Notes under the pieces: model-generated | Told to the model about the DNA's origin: nothing | Databases searched by the model: none | What the model saw: the letters and a program-made list of their open reading frames with translations, nothing else | In this document: positions 11,755 to 26,200 of the stretch, one piece after another | Layout: the number at the start of each line of letters is the position of its first letter | How positions within the stretch are numbered: the stretch's first letter is position 1 | Assembly (NCBI GenBank): GCA_036172245.1 | Contig: JAYWIR010000037.1 | Span: 1,178,001-1,242,000 of the forward strand | Source of the DNA: Raillietiella orientalis | Lineage: Eukaryota | Length of the DNA: 64,000 nt | Reading direction: 5' to 3' | Translations under genes and position numbers: made by a program

Positions 11755-14700
11755 AACTTTACGATTTTAGTTTCACTATTAATTTGATCAGCATGTTGAT
11801 AAGAATTACTTTCCAGAAAGTTGTAAAAAAAAATAGCGAGTAACTGATGTGATTACTATATACGTTTGCGATAATTTGTTTTCCCACGAGGAGGGAAGTC
11901 CACCCATCCTTTGACCGAGGTGTTGTCTTACGGCGAAATTGCAGAGCGCTCTCTTGGAAACAGCAATGGCGCGCATAAATTTTGCGGCTGGAAACCTTGG
12001 TCTCCACACGAGCTGAAGTGCTTTCTAGAAAATTTAACACTACAGTTAAAATTGAAAGGAGGACATAACAGAAAGTTTTTCATTTCTGAAGGAGATTTCT
12101 CACGTTTTCCTTTTTTCCTTTAAAAAAAAAAAAAAAAAACTCGATTGAATAACAAGAAAACAAGTGATCAATCGTATTGAGTATATAGATGAAATGGGGG
12201 AGTGATGGGGGGGGGGGAGACTATTTTTTCGAGTTTCCTTGAAGCCCACAAAGAACACCTATCTCACGAAAGCGTTCAGTCACCACCGGTTAAAAACGCA
12301 ATCGCATTTGCATGCAAATTTAAGTGACAGTAGTCTTTAAAACTACAAACAGCTGCAAATACCTTCCTGCTTGACTTGCAGATTTGCAAAGGATGATTTC
12401 CAAAGGTACTTCCATTTGAGTTTTTTCAACTTGGTCCATGTAAAGCTCGTCGAAGAGAAATTAAATCCTATCGAATCACTACTGGTCCCCGGACCAATTA
12501 CGTGTTACCTCTCTCTCTACTTTTTGGGGGAGCATCTGGTACAGGATTACTCTTTTTTTTTCTTTCTTTTTTAGCGAATCGGTTTCGGAATTCGCACGAA
12601 GATGAACTACCGGATGCTGATTTTTTCAGAATCAGAGAGGAAATGATCATAATCACAATGCTGAGATCACAGATTGACTTGATGGAAGGTGTCCCGAAAC
12701 GTATATGTGTACGTACATAATCCGGAAATACGTCACTTCGCCAGATATCGTGTTACTTGCTGGAAATTTATGTGTGTATGCTAATTCAAGAATTTCTCAC
12801 TCAGTATAGGCATGTGACCTCCACAACTAAGTTTCTTTATCCAGCCAACCAATTGAAATGGAAATGGCTCCATTCGCGTTGATCGTCCTCATCACTTCTG
12901 CTGGACCAAGTTTTCCTTTTAGGAAAGGAGAACGAAATTTCCTGCCGAATATAAGGTAAAATATCCATTCTTCCTGAGACACAGTCGAAAATGGCAATTC
13001 TGTTTCGAACAGAGACCGCTTTTATATTTATTGCCTCACGAGAGACACTTTGTTATCTGCTTCCACGCATTGCATCTGAGAGCTGCTCCAGGATTTTCCA
13101 AAATATAAGGAGCTGCAAAAGGCAGACGTTTAGGGAGAAAACCGCTTTTAGAACTACAGAGTCAACTGATTTAAGGAAGTATAGTTCTTGAAATTTCTTA
13201 CCCTCAGGTAGTGCTACCAGTGATAAATGTTCCATTATTTCATTTCTGAGATGATGTGCCTTTAACCAGTGCCTTGAGGTCCCTCTGTTTTTACGGATAC
13301 TTTATTTTCCGTAAAAACACAGTTGTGGACTTACATCCAAGGGGTGAAAAACATTCATATTTCATTTCCTTGTGCTGGAAAGTAACCTCCCAAAGAAACG
13401 CATTTTGCTAAGCGAGATCCAGAAGCTGCAAGGAAAGTCTAATAGCTGCAGTTCTCTAAACGGTACATTCCGTTTCATTACAAATCTTCTCGGTTTCGTA
13501 AGGCAGAATTCCTTTTTTGTCGGAGGGACCAGCGAGATGAAGAAGCTTTCTTGCATAAAATTTGACTCAGTCGAGGAGATTTTCGTAAACAAGGTAACAA
13601 AACAAAAAGTGATAAAATCAGTACGGCAACAGCACATCCCCATCACTGATAGATCCTATACCATCCAAAATGTGACGTGCAATCTGACGTGGAGTGTCAG
13701 GTTTTCCTGAAATGCACGAGCAGCCGGAGGTAACGAGCATGACGCTGCCACACTTGTGTGGTTCGATTCTTCAGCCTCGATCCGGTAAAGTTTCTGAAAA
13801 ATCTTCTGGAAAATTCGAAAGTTTATTGGAGATTTCGAAATTCTGGGAGAGAGGTGCCTTTCCTTTCTTTGTGAGATCTCTCAGGCAACGCCTGAAGATT
13901 GTATCAAGAATCACATCACGAGGCCGTACAATACGGAGAACGGAGGACGGTAGAAATGAACTGATCCTCGTCATTTGTGCTCAATCTCAAACGTTGAATT
14001 AAAAAATCTGTTGCAAGAAGGTCATCAAGTTTCTGGAGGCCATTGTTCCACTGTTGAAGCCATTCAGCTTGTGAATGAAACTGCCATGCCCGGCACGTCG
14101 ACTGTTGGCGAATTCTGGATCGCCACCAAACGAGAACCAGATCTCACGAGAAAGGAAGAGAAACCAAGGAAAGACGAGTCAGGTCGCTGCGTGCGTTCCC
14201 AGTACCGCGCATAGATGGCAGCAGTCCACGCATCCCCGTGCCATCCTTTTGTCGCTCATGTACCTTTTCCTAGTGAGCTCGTTTTCACCTCTGTATCCGG
14301 CTTGTGCTTTCGAGTCTGGTCTCTCATGAGTGGCAGGAGACAAGATGGTTTTCATTGGGAACCGCATCCGTGATTCCATGAGAACACAACGGATCGAAAT
14401 TTTCGGGTCTCATTCGATTTTTGTCTCACTCGAGCGCGTTGCTGCTTCTCTTGCAATACGAAGAGAATGACAGCAGCGAGCCATCCTGTTAAGAACACCA
14501 GAGTTGAGAACACCAGAGAACGGGAAAAGGAAAGCGCTCTTTGAATGGAAGACTGGTGAAGCAGAAAACATCGACACCTCCATCTTTTTGTCAGCCTCTC
14601 CATCTTATTGTCAGTTTTCTTCGCGGTCTCTGAAAGCACGTGCTTTGCTATGAAAAATGCACGTGTTTCTACCTGATTTTTCCAACTGGGAAGTTACTCC

Positions 14701-15621
14701 CACAAACACGGCACAGTTGAACTGTGGTCACAGCATCTGGTTATCTCGCGCTTTCTCTTATGAAGTCAAAGATTCTTTGCAATACCAGTAAACTGCATGT
14801 TGAAGTAGGTTGATTCAACCAAAATGAAGACTGGAATGTTTGAACACTTTCAAAGGTAAAATACCCATTCCAAGTGTTGAGCACGTATGGAATTCTGTTT
14901 TCGCATGAGCTGGAAAGGTCGAAACGTCCGGATGGTGACAGACGTTGATAGGTGACAGACGTTTTGCACGTACGAGAATCCTTGGGTATGCGCTCTTCCG
15001 ATGAAGAATACCCGTATCCCATGTGGTAGATGTGACTTAAAAGATATGATTCAAATAGGGCGATCGGAAAAGCAATGAGCCACAGTGCTTTCCATAATCA
15101 GTGCTTTCCACGATTCATCCATAGGAATTTCATTCTTTCTTCCTTTCCTTTTTTCGATAAATGAATCTTGGAACACAAAAACAGGACTCGAATATACCAA
15201 AGGAAACCTTAAGTGGACGAATAAGGTCAACCTTCGAAATCTTGTCGTGGCTGGTATGGCTGACTCATTTTCCGAGACCAAGCTAAATTAATGACGACAC
15301 TGAATTATGCGAATGGTAATTCATGATGAAAATGCAGTATTGCATCGGCGGTCTCCACAAGCGAACGAGCAAAGAGAAACCTTTGGAAGATTCGGCAGCA
15401 ATCCGAAAAAAGAAATTTTTTTTAAAAGATCCAAAGAACTTTGTTCAGTCTGAAAAATGTTGCTCTCCGTGACAGATTCTTTAGATAGACATTTGAAACT
15501 CGGAAGCCTCGCTTCATTATAGTATATTACTATATGAATATTTTGAAAATTCGTAGCTCCAAGATTTCTGGAGTGAATTCAAGCGTTTCTCTGCTCTTCA
15601 TCCAGTCCTCTGAGCTCGAGG

Positions 15622-15949
15622 AGATCAAAATACCGAAAGACCTTAAACATAATACATGTGTTCAATACATAGATTAATGTATACTATACAAATTATGAAA
15701 AATAAATACATATATGCAATTATATATATATATATATGTATACATCTATATAATATGCATATGGGTTAATACATATGCATATGGATACAGATTTATTTAC
15801 ATTTATTAATATTTATTGATATACACATTGTTAATAGTAATACTGTCTTAACATATATATTCATTCTTCATAATCTATATTACTCTATGTATTGGACATA
15901 CGTATTTATTTTTAACATCTTTGAGATTTCGGCGTTAGGGATGTTGACC
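15622..15949. mobile_element. AT-rich MITE-like element with imperfect terminal inverted repeats
   Basis: Left end GATCAAAATACCGAAA, right end ATTTCGGCGTTAGGGATGTTGACC. 15926-15941 is a 14/16 reverse-complement match to TCCCGAATGCCGAAAT at the left end of the 17.4 kb copy. Confidence 0.5.
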
Positions 15950-18510
15950 AAACCCCCCTCTGTTCTAGGACTATGAATTGCAAGCAGCATGTCCATTCTC
16001 TACAGACTCTTCAACCGAAGGAACAGTGATCCCAGATGACCTGGAGCTGGCGACGAGCGATTTCATGCGTGGTTATCCGATGATCTGGAAGATTTCTCGT
16101 CCGCGTTCGATCCCAGGTCATGAAATGTCCAGATCCAGTGCACGCCACGTTCTACGTAGGGCGGTATCGGATTTGGGGACACTATTTGCCCAACACCTTT
16201 GTTTCGGCCGGTTATTCATTCATTCATGCGGCACTCGTTTTGAGTCCGTGCGGGCATCGCCACCTGGCACGGCATCGTACAGAAGGGGAGCGCAAGATGG
16301 GAAGAATCTCTGGACCACTCCTCCACCGGTGCACCAACGATAAAGCCATGATCACGGAGAGGTACGGCGTGCTGATCGTACGGCTGCTGCAAGGCACGCG
16401 GCGCTGCTGGTCACCAGTCACCCCATGCCGGTAAAGGACCTAGAGCTTACTCTGGATTTGGTGTTGCAGGAAGGAGAGAAGGCACCTATATCGAACGTCT
16501 CAAGACCCCATGAATGCCCAGCAACGGCGATAGACGTGACAGGGCAAAAGAAGGAGAGCAACATAAGGGATTGACCCTCAACTTGGCCTCCAAGGAATCG
16601 CCTGAAATGGCAAGAATGTCTCCAAAAGCTTGGGCCCCAGAGAACGACCAGGTAAAGAGAAAATCAAAAATTCTGCAGAAGCGGACCGAGTGCATCACAA
16701 AGGAGATGATGTGTTTCTAACATTCCATATTTTCCACATACATGTTATTCAAAAATAACATTAGAGGAAACCAATATACATTGAAGTGATATGGATGTCC
16801 ACAAAGGCAGGGGAGTGCAAAACAAGGAGACATCAGATTGATGGTAATCGAATGAGCGTTTGTTCCGAATCCAGATTCCAACATGAAAGGCAGACTCGCA
16901 GCAAGTACACAAAATGACGTTACAAAATGGCATCCAGAGTTCCCTCTGGGAGGCCAAGGTGGGTCAGAAAACCCTATCTTTCACGCAGCGTATGAGCAGC
17001 CATCAAGACAGATTCATATGAGATCTTGGAACCGACGGAGGGAGGAATTTCTCTTTCTTCTTGAAGTGCCTTCATGTTCCAAGCATGGTGAGCAGCAAGC
17101 GTGCACTCAAGATGCACCGTAAAACACTGCAACGACGGCCATAGGGTGTACAACCCTTTATGGCTAGGAGGACTGACCTCCTGCCTCGGTGTCTAGTTGT
17201 GATGATGGATCAGGAAAACTGTACGGTGCAGCCCACAAAAGTGAATTGCCGTGCATCATAAATGCAGGCGGTCTTCTCACAGATTCACCATTAAATCGCT
17301 GTGTAAGCTCAGTGCACCTTGCAGAGCTTAGCAGTGGGTGTGCAAAATGCGGGTTTGGTTCAGAGTCCCGAATGCCGAAATACCGAAAAGATAAATACAT
17401 ATTTTTTGTATTATGTGTATTAACATGCATACTTTCATGTAGAGTAATATAAAGATTACAAAAATATATATTACATCTTCATTCGGTGTATTCACATTAT
17501 AAAAATAAATACACATGTTTATTATATATATTCATATGTACATGTATGTGAAAGTGTATATATAGATTAGTAAATATATATGAATGCTAATATTTTTCAT
17601 TATATTAAAAAATATGGCTATTGATATACATGATAAACTTTAGAAAATTAAGCTACATCTGTTTACAAATATATACATCAGTGTATGATATACATAAGAC
17701 AGATTACATTAATAACATGCTTGTTAATAATTATTAATAAGTATGCATTTAAAAATAAAATTGCGTGTTAATCTATACATAAATATACATAATAAGCACA
17801 CATGAGCATTTTTGATAATCTTTACAATAGATGTTATTTTCTATATAAATCTGTATAGAACTATGCATATTAATACATACAATAAGCATATGCATGCATT
17901 TTCTTATGATCTCTTGTGATTTGGGCGAGCGAAACGCAGACCTTGGTGTGCGCGTGGTGGGACGCCTAAACGAACACCCGGTGCCCTTTCATTCCATAAT
18001 AGTTTTCGAAGCAGCAGGTCATCCGTCAGGGTGCTCCTCTATCGCGTCTCCAGAATCCACATACCATGTGATGGTGAAAGAAAGCACCGGAAAAAGATCG
18101 AGATCAACCAGGTTGTTCCCTCTATAGAAAAGTCTGTGACTCGGCCGGGGCCCAGGAATGCGTTAGCGATTAAACAAAGTCTGAGGAACCCGTATCGGGC
18201 ATCCTGTTCAGAAAGACTGGTGTCCTTGTCTTCGACGTCCTCTCTTAAGAGTGCCATTCATAAGAGAGGATTTCATCATCACTGAATTGCTGAAGACACT
18301 GAAGCGGGTGTAAACCGTCGCTGCTCCTTGGCTGACCCGTACTGGAGTTTTTCCCGCGAAAGGACGCTATACATCAGGGTGTACATCAGTGCCATAAATC
18401 TGCAGAACGGCTGAACCACAGTTTCCACAACCACAGTTGGCATTCCTGAACTCGCAGGGAGTGAAACCGCTTATCCTTTAAACAGCACCCCCAGACACTA
18501 AGAGCACCCG
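15950..18510 (-). mobile_element. Decayed LINE 3' half, interrupted by a MITE
   Basis: CLGVLF near 18490 (cf. RT motif KYLGV); ELW...NVILCT...FC near 16800-16950 resembles the zf-RVT region. Weak motifs only. Confidence 0.35.
17357..17942. mobile_element. AT-rich MITE-like element
   Basis: Left end GGTTCAGAGTCCCGAATGCCGAAATACCGAAA; very AT-rich body with repeated AATAAGCA(C/T)A(C/T) motifs; sharp compositional edges. Confidence 0.5.
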
Positions 18511-19599
18511 TGCAGAAATGGCTAGGAGAAACCTTCATTCTCGCTGACATCCATCAGCTCATTGGTTTTTCGCTGCCTAATTTTCTGTACGTTCAGTACT
18601 TTTCCTGTTTTTAACTCTTGAACTGGACTTCGCTGAGTCTCAGCGAAGTCCAATTCAAGGGTTTTTTTTTTTTTTTTCTTTCTTCCCCCGTCATGTAAAA
18701 CATATTCACAAATTTGAATCATCACGGAGCATTTCAAGAAAGCTGCACGCTAGAGTGGACCACAATGTCCATGATACGTACTGTGAAAGTCCAAGTCTGC
18801 CCACAGTTTAATGGGAATACCTAAATCGCTAGCTCCCGAGATGAGGAGAACTTTTCCAGGCGATGCAAACTGTGGCCAATCCTGGGAATACCTGTTGAGC
18901 TATTCCTTCGATCTTGGGATCGGGAACAGTGGATGTATTTTCCTCGGATATCCACTGCTGAACTCCGCACATCGTGAATGATGCACAAAAAATGCTCACG
19001 ACGTAAGCACATGCAATGTAATAACGACGTTTGAGGCATAAAGGTAAGCACCCACGTGGTCTTTGATACGAAATGGAATTTTCTTTTTTTTTTTTTTTTC
19101 GCGAGTGTTTTCAAATACTCCTGGAAAAAAAAGAAAGGAAAAATGGAAAGAATGGAGAGTCCCGGAGGAATGGCAGCGGTATTCCCTTTGATTTCCTGTC
19201 TTGGTTGGCATCGGGACTACAACCGCGAAGGGCAGGAGAAATCGCTGTGGACCTGAAGAAACGCTGGCAGACTCTGAGCAAAGATGAAACGACTGAACGG
19301 TCGGATGGCGGGAGTGCCTTCTTTTTTGTACACGAAGCTTTGCATTCTGCCTGAAACGCGGAATCATAAATCTCCGGTCTATCTATGCCTTCATTAAAAA
19401 CTGGCACTTGAGAGGAATTGAAAATTGGGTTCCGTACTGCGGACCGAACAACAGCAAACCAAGTGACAGCATACCGAGTGCTCCAGAAGTCTTCATAGTC
19501 TGGAGGCGCTCTTGCCAGAAAGCTTGCTCCAAGGATTACCAAATAAATGCAAACACCTTTGAGATGCAGAAAAGTAAAAAAAAAAAAAAAAAGAATCCG

Positions 19600-21300
19600 A
19601 TGCCTCCAGTTTGGGTTAATCCCATCATTAAGCTGGCATTAATTCGAAAACCAAACCGTCACGTACAGATTCATTATTCCAAGTTTATTCGAAGAGTGGA
19701 GAATATACGTAAATTTCCGATGTGCCCTGAGGCCTTTATAGGGCACGACACAGCTCGATTCCAGTCTTCGCAAAATATCGTTGCAACAGACGATCGCATC
19801 TTTTTTGAACGCAAGACGTGGTAAGACAGTTTCTGGAACGAAGGACAAATTTTAAATTAAAGCTGTTCCACCACTCAAAACTACAAACAATTCCAAATTC
19901 TAATTTTTTGTTTACTTGCTGGAAACCTTGATATTATCTTGCTTTGCAGTAGCAAAATCGCTCTCTACTTCGTTAGGATTTACCCATGATGGATGATGTC
20001 TTCTCTCGATACAAATGACTGTGCTTTAAGCTTTGCACTTCCTGGTCTTCCACTTGCCAAGTGAGCTGCATCAGAATATCCTCTCTTCTGCCTTTCAGGA
20101 AGCGGAATGGAAAGTTGCTGCTTCGAAACCTATAAATTCTGCTTACCTCCTTTGAAGAATCTGAAAGATCGAAAGTGCTTGGCTGAAGGGACGGAGGTGA
20201 AAACCAAGCTTTTCTATGATTTTCTCTCCCGTGCAGGATTTCATCATTAACGTATCGGAAATTTTTCCGAGGATGGGTACCTTTGTGGAGTTTTCTATCG
20301 AACCAATCAGGAAGGAAGGAACGCAAATGAAGAAAGAGAAACGAATAAGAAGACATCTGCTTCAAGTTTCCTAGCAAGAGAAGCTTGCCAAAAATCACTC
20401 TTGTGATAGGAAATGAAAAAAAAAAATTCAAAGTGTATTTTGAGAACCCTTCACGCAACTCGAGTTTTTTTGACTCGAGTTGTACATCGTCTTCGATGAA
20501 CTGTATCGGGGTTCTGCCGTGACGTCACTTACGACTCCGGAATGTTGCTTCATATTTCGACAAGGTATGCAGAACCTCCGTCCCTTCAAAGATCAAGCTT
20601 TAGAGCTGCGTTCGTTTCATTCTTTCAAACTGAATGCATCTTTCACCTACTCTTTTTTGTTTTCGTTGCCATCTACTGGAAAGCGAAACAAACCCACGAA
20701 GACATTTTCCTCATGCCTAGGAGTACCAGATTCAGTTATGTAAGATGGAATTGCAAGACCCTTCGCCAGCGAGCACCGACTTCTAGAGCGTTTGAGAATA
20801 CATTTTGGCTCTAGAATGGGATGTCTTCTCCTTACGTTCCTTGTTTCAAAGGGCGGGGAGAAAGATCTTAAGAGTTTGAAACAAAAAAAAGTCAGTAAGG
20901 GACACATAGTGGAACCTCGCTTTGCTGACCAGGAAAATAATCTTGGATCATCCCCAGGCTCTTGCATATTCCTGAAGGTTCTGAGGAGATAAACGGACCC
21001 CAAGGAGAATGTGTTTGTATCTGAACAGAAGTCAGTTATTCGATTCAGCGCAACCGGAGAGTCCACTGATGAAAATGCGTGCTCCAGGATACATGTCTTG
21101 TACCAGAGACTCAGTTTCCTGTTGCAAGTTAATCCACTACAATCGGGAACTGCAAAGTTGAGTATGAAATCACCTGAGAGTCTTGGGCTCCCTCTAATGG
21201 AATCCTCACGGGTTTTGAGCGTTTGTTATAAATTTGTGGAGTCCACACGCAAAAGCCCAAGTTGCACAAGCAGCAGAGTGAGTTGAGCGATCAGTCTTGG
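19600..21300 (-). mobile_element. Decayed L1-like ORF2 remnant
   Basis: In the expected order: LRTFRNMQEPGDDPRLFSW (endonuclease DxFR..P..FTW), EGFSKYTLNFFF (linker GEKxTxFF), AIVCCNDILRRL (weak RT motif). Confidence 0.35.
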
Positions 21301-21497
21301 TGGGTGAGATGTGGTAGAAATAGTAATGTCAGTAGAAATGAATTTCTACGGTTAACGGCAGTATAGCAGAAATGTGGAAACTACGGGCTGGGAATGCTGT
21401 TCATATCAGTTCCTCGATGGAGATAATCCTGTCTAACGCACGGATAGGATGGTTTCGCAAGAGGTGGAAGTCAGAAAATCTGCAAAGTATTACGTGC

Positions 21498-21537
21498 AAT
21501 AATAATAATAAGTATTATTATTATTATTATTATTATT
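21498..21537. repeat. (AAT)n followed by (TAT)n microsatellite forming an imperfect palindrome
   Basis: AATAATAATAATAAGTATTATTATTATTATTATTATTATT read directly. Confidence 0.8.
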
Positions 21538-23049
21538 CTAGTTGCTGACAAAACCACGTTCTTTTCGATGCATTTGCTTTCGAAATGATCCGAAAATTCA
21601 CTCCCAAAACCACATCCGAAAGAACGATCGACACGAGAAAACGATTCGCAGCTTCCTGAAAGATACGTAAAGATCGAAAAGACATGAGTCAAACACCACT
21701 CTGATGCTTTCCCTTTTGTCAACGAATGGAAACGATCGAATCGTTCGTCGCCAGAACGCAATTAGACACAAAACAGGGCGAGCTGATTCACCTCGTCGTT
21801 TCTGAATCAGTGTCCTGAAGCTGAAAGTACGGCATTCCGAGATGGTAGTCTTGGCTGAGAGATCAAATTCGCATCTCCGGCAGCTTTTTTAAAAACGAGC
21901 AACGTAGGATTTCGACCGAACAGTTGCACGAAGAGGAACACAGCCACTCTTAAAGGCAGCTCGGAATAAGGGTCTCCGACGTGCCACCACCCTTCTTGCA
22001 AATCTCCAGCTTGCCTTTTATATAAGAAGCACTGATGGAAAAGAGGACGCTGGATCGGTCAGGGATTTTCTCACCGTTCGGCGACTCTGAAATTGCCCAG
22101 AGAATCCGAAAGTCCTTTCCATTACCACGAAGCGAATTTACTGTGGAGAGTCCCTGACTTTCAACCGTACGGATACAATGTGCCGATGTACGGAACGATG
22201 AAAGGGAAGACGAACGCTGAAAAAAAAAAAAAATCCAATTGGCCGAATTCTAAAGCACCTTTGACAAAACGTCTCCCCAAGACTGTCAAAATGGCACGTC
22301 AAAACGAAGTGTACAGTTTAAATGACTTATCATGGTGATCCCGTTCAAACACCTCGCTTGTACACTGGGAACATTCGCTTCTCTGGAGTGATGTTGAGAA
22401 CCTCTGAGAAGCATGGAGAGTAATCCACGATTTGTTCTCAAGAGATCGCCTGATAGAACCTGTTAAGAGACCCGCATTTATTCATTTTTATATTTTCATT
22501 TTTTTCTTCACCTATTTTCCGTTCCTACTCATTATTTACTTATCGGAGCTATTGAGATCTATCCATGAGCTTGTTGGAAACCAGGCAAAGTTTCTTCTAC
22601 CGCGAGAACAATCTGAAAAGCAAAGCGGAACAAACAAAACATGATTGAGGATTTAGGAACCGCAGAATCTAAAATGCAATTTATTCATGAATTACTTAGT
22701 ATAGGAAGATTCGAAACATCTGACGTAAATAGTAAACAAATAGTACCGTAAATAGTAAATAGCACCTGGTCCTGAACCTTATTCAAGATCTATCTTCGAT
22801 AGTAGTAATGCATTTCCACTCAACGACAGCCCTTTAGCGACAAGTGATGAATTTTCGAGTTCTCATTAATCGTGCCTCACTGATTTGAATGATTTTCTCT
22901 GGTCTAACTTCATGACGTCTTCCCGTAAAAGCTCTATTATTTTTCAAGCACTTCTATTTTACAAAGGAAGTAAGTAATGATAACGAAGCAGCTGAAGACA
23001 TTGATTCAATATTTTCATAAATTTTAAGACACCTCGCTTAACTTGAAAA

Positions 23050-23220
23050 TTCCTGCTTTGCAAGATGAGGTCCCTAGCGAAGACCATTTGATCTTTTTAG
23101 AAAAGAAATTACACGACCAGGCGGACACCATGTTGTGCACGGATTGGGACTCCAAGATGTAATCAGAATTTGGTACCTCCAAGATGCCCGTTGAGGAGCG
23201 CGTCGTCATGAACGCACACA
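23050..23220 (-). mobile_element. Small LTR-retrotransposon (Gypsy-like) integrase zinc-binding fragment
   Basis: Minus strand reads VHDDALLNGHLGGTK, matching the HD...GHLG..K pattern of integrase H2C2 domains; followed by a stop. Confidence 0.35.
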
Positions 23221-26200
23221 TCATATCAAAGCATAATGAATAAAAAAAATCAACTCGAATTCAGTTCTAACATTTCATTCGAAGTTCACAATTCGAAGGG
23301 CCTATTTCTGAAGTGATTCCCTAAAAACTCTTCCATCCACATGAAAAATCACTTGAAAAATCTCCCAAGGCATAACTTTTTATGAGTGCATGCGACAAAA
23401 GATACTCTTGGAAGAGATAAAATATTCCGGTTTCCTTCCAATTTGCCATTATTATTATTATTTTTTTGGATTTTGTACTATGCCATTATCTCTCCAGACA
23501 GTATCGCATTTTTCTCTTCGTTGACTGATGCGCGCAATATATATATACATACATACATACATACATATACATATATATATAAGTTTGCTTTTGCTCCGAA
23601 TTATAGGTAATGAAAACAGCAGAATTATAGCTCAGTACAAATGCATGAAAGGATGTCTTGGAAGTCTCAGGATAGGATGGCATTAGTTAAAAGCAAATAT
23701 TCAATTTTTTTTTTTTTTTCGCCGATCAATCTGTCTTATCATATAACAGATTGATGAGTGGCTGAACACGAGTTTTTCGGATTCTAGAAATCCTAGCAAA
23801 TTTCATTTATTCAACATGTTAAGCTGGTGGCATGACAGTACCTTAGCAGCTTTCAAAGAAAGGAAGGAAAAAGAACTTCTACGGCTTCGATCTCGACCGG
23901 AGCTTATTTGAAAGGGCGGCTACACACAGATCGTGAGGAAAGTTTCCACAGCTTCGCATGGACTGATTCATTCCACCTGATGTTCAGAAAGCCTCTCAGC
24001 TTAGCTTTGGAACATTCCGAAGATTCTTCTATTGGAAAGCGATGTTATTTATTAAGCGATATTAATTTTATTCAGCGATATTCATTATTTCAGAGAAGAA
24101 AGTCTGTATTTTTTTCATTTTTTTTTTTTTTTTTTTTTTCCACTAGAGAAGTAAACGTGTGAGGATCTTCCTACTAGCTGGACTAAGACTACTGTCCCAA
24201 AAATTCATGCCGGTTTCTTGACTTCTACGGAGCAGGCAAAGCAGGGCTGCATCTTCGTTTCCCTGAATGCTAAGGATGCATAGCCGTGTTGTCTTCAGTG
24301 AGTTGCGATGTATAACAAAACCGCGTTACTTCCGCCTTTGAATTTTCAGACAGTGAGTGCATGTGTAAATTCATGCATGAGCTTGTGGGTATATCTACCG
24401 ATCGTCGATGGAGATATTTCGTGCCCGTATTGCAATATCACTTGCTTCTGTTTTTAAGAGTGTCACTTTCCTGTCAATGGTTAATGCAGATTTTATTACC
24501 GTTATTTTGTACATCAAGGAGAACAGATCACAAGCGAAAGCTTCAGAATCCAAGAGAGACTTCCTCAGATACAAACTTAATTATTGCGCATGCGTTATGC
24601 ATATGACAGATTTACACTTCCGGTCCCCAGAATGCAAAGTTGATGCATTCTCAAAGTTTAGTTGAATTAAAACAAAACAACTGATACAAGTGGGCTGTGG
24701 AATGAATTCATGATTGCTCCGGTAGTTCGGTAGCAAACCTTTCTCAAAACCTGTAGAAAGACCCGAGGACAAATTTTACTCTTTTCCGGTCCATCCTTGT
24801 TTATACGATATGTTACTTCTTGAATTTTTTACGGATGAGAGTGTGCAGTTGGTAATTGCAGCTTCATGAAAGAACAAATGGATCGAGTCCCAAGGTGATC
24901 TTATGCGATGGGAACCACTTTGTGGAAGCAGAACGGCAAATGAGCAGACAGGAATGGTCAGTATTAAGGACAGTCACTTCATGGTTCTGCGAAGGTAGCT
25001 TGGAATATCCACAAAAAGCGAAGCTACCTGCAAGGGAAATTCGAAATCAATCCGGATAGGAGCCGACTACGATAAAGCCCGTTTCTGATACACAGGAATT
25101 GAAATGCTTTTTGCGTAAAAAGTGGAGCACTGCTATCCGATTTCATAGAATAATTAAAAATGGTAAAAAAAAAAAAAAAAATCAATTCTAACGAGATTGA
25201 ATTGGCGATAAAGAGGAGACCATGCTGAAATAAAACCAAATAGTGATGATTAGGAAGCTATATTACGCCTTTGGAATAGCGATTTCGAGTTCCTCAGCTC
25301 GTTCTTCTTGGATCCCACTGAAATCATTCCAGCAAACCATGAGCTGAAGCAAAATTTGAGTTTCAAATATCTCAATGGCTTTGCTCATAATTGACAGCCG
25401 TTTTTCCAACTAATCTTGAGATGATCTCCTCATAAGAAACGCAGCGCCGTGGTTTTTTTTTTTTCCCAAGGGGTGCCGCAACCAACTGATTGCACGAGGC
25501 AGGAATCCGTCCGAGTAATTTCTTGCATTCATTTGAATTGCAGCAACGAAAATTTTCAATTCCGTCTTCCGAAGCTCCGTAACTGAAGGCAATCCATGCA
25601 AACGAATACCAACCCCTGCAATTGCATTCATGGGTTCCATTCGATTGGTTGCTTGGTATCACGGATTCCGTTTCATTTACACTTCTATACCTTTTTATGC
25701 AACAGGATTTCCATTTCACCCACTCCTTTTCAAACAGGATTCGTTCCCGAAATTATGTTCTCCTTCAGGATGAAGAGATACTTGAGACATGTGGAATATA
25801 ACGGAGGATTCACCCTTTCCCCGCCTCCCAGATTCCTCGAGATTACGAAGAAAAATGCACGCAAGCTGTTCTGATCGGAGAGACCTAAATTAAGGAAAGT
25901 GATGCGATGCTGCACACCACTTGGAAGACGCCATGGAATTGAGAAACCAGCAAAGATCCACATAAATGAATAAAAGTCTTCGATGTTCAGTTGCCAAAAT
26001 GACAACCACAGGAAAAATACAGCAAACGAACGGTGAGCGGCTCAAATAATTCAAGAGTTCTTCAAAGTGGACGCCTTTAAAAATAAAAAGCAAAGGAAAA
26101 ATTTGCGGGAGGGTAAGTGGACTTTCGAGAATAAGGAGAAGTGCTTTAAAAGACGAAATGAACGGAAGAAAGCATAAATTTGAAAAAAGTTGGAATTACA

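Noticed and set aside
14350..14740. Possible exons around a 43-nt GT-AG interval on the minus strand
   Set aside because: The spliced frames I tested hit stop codons, and there is no recognisable protein similarity.
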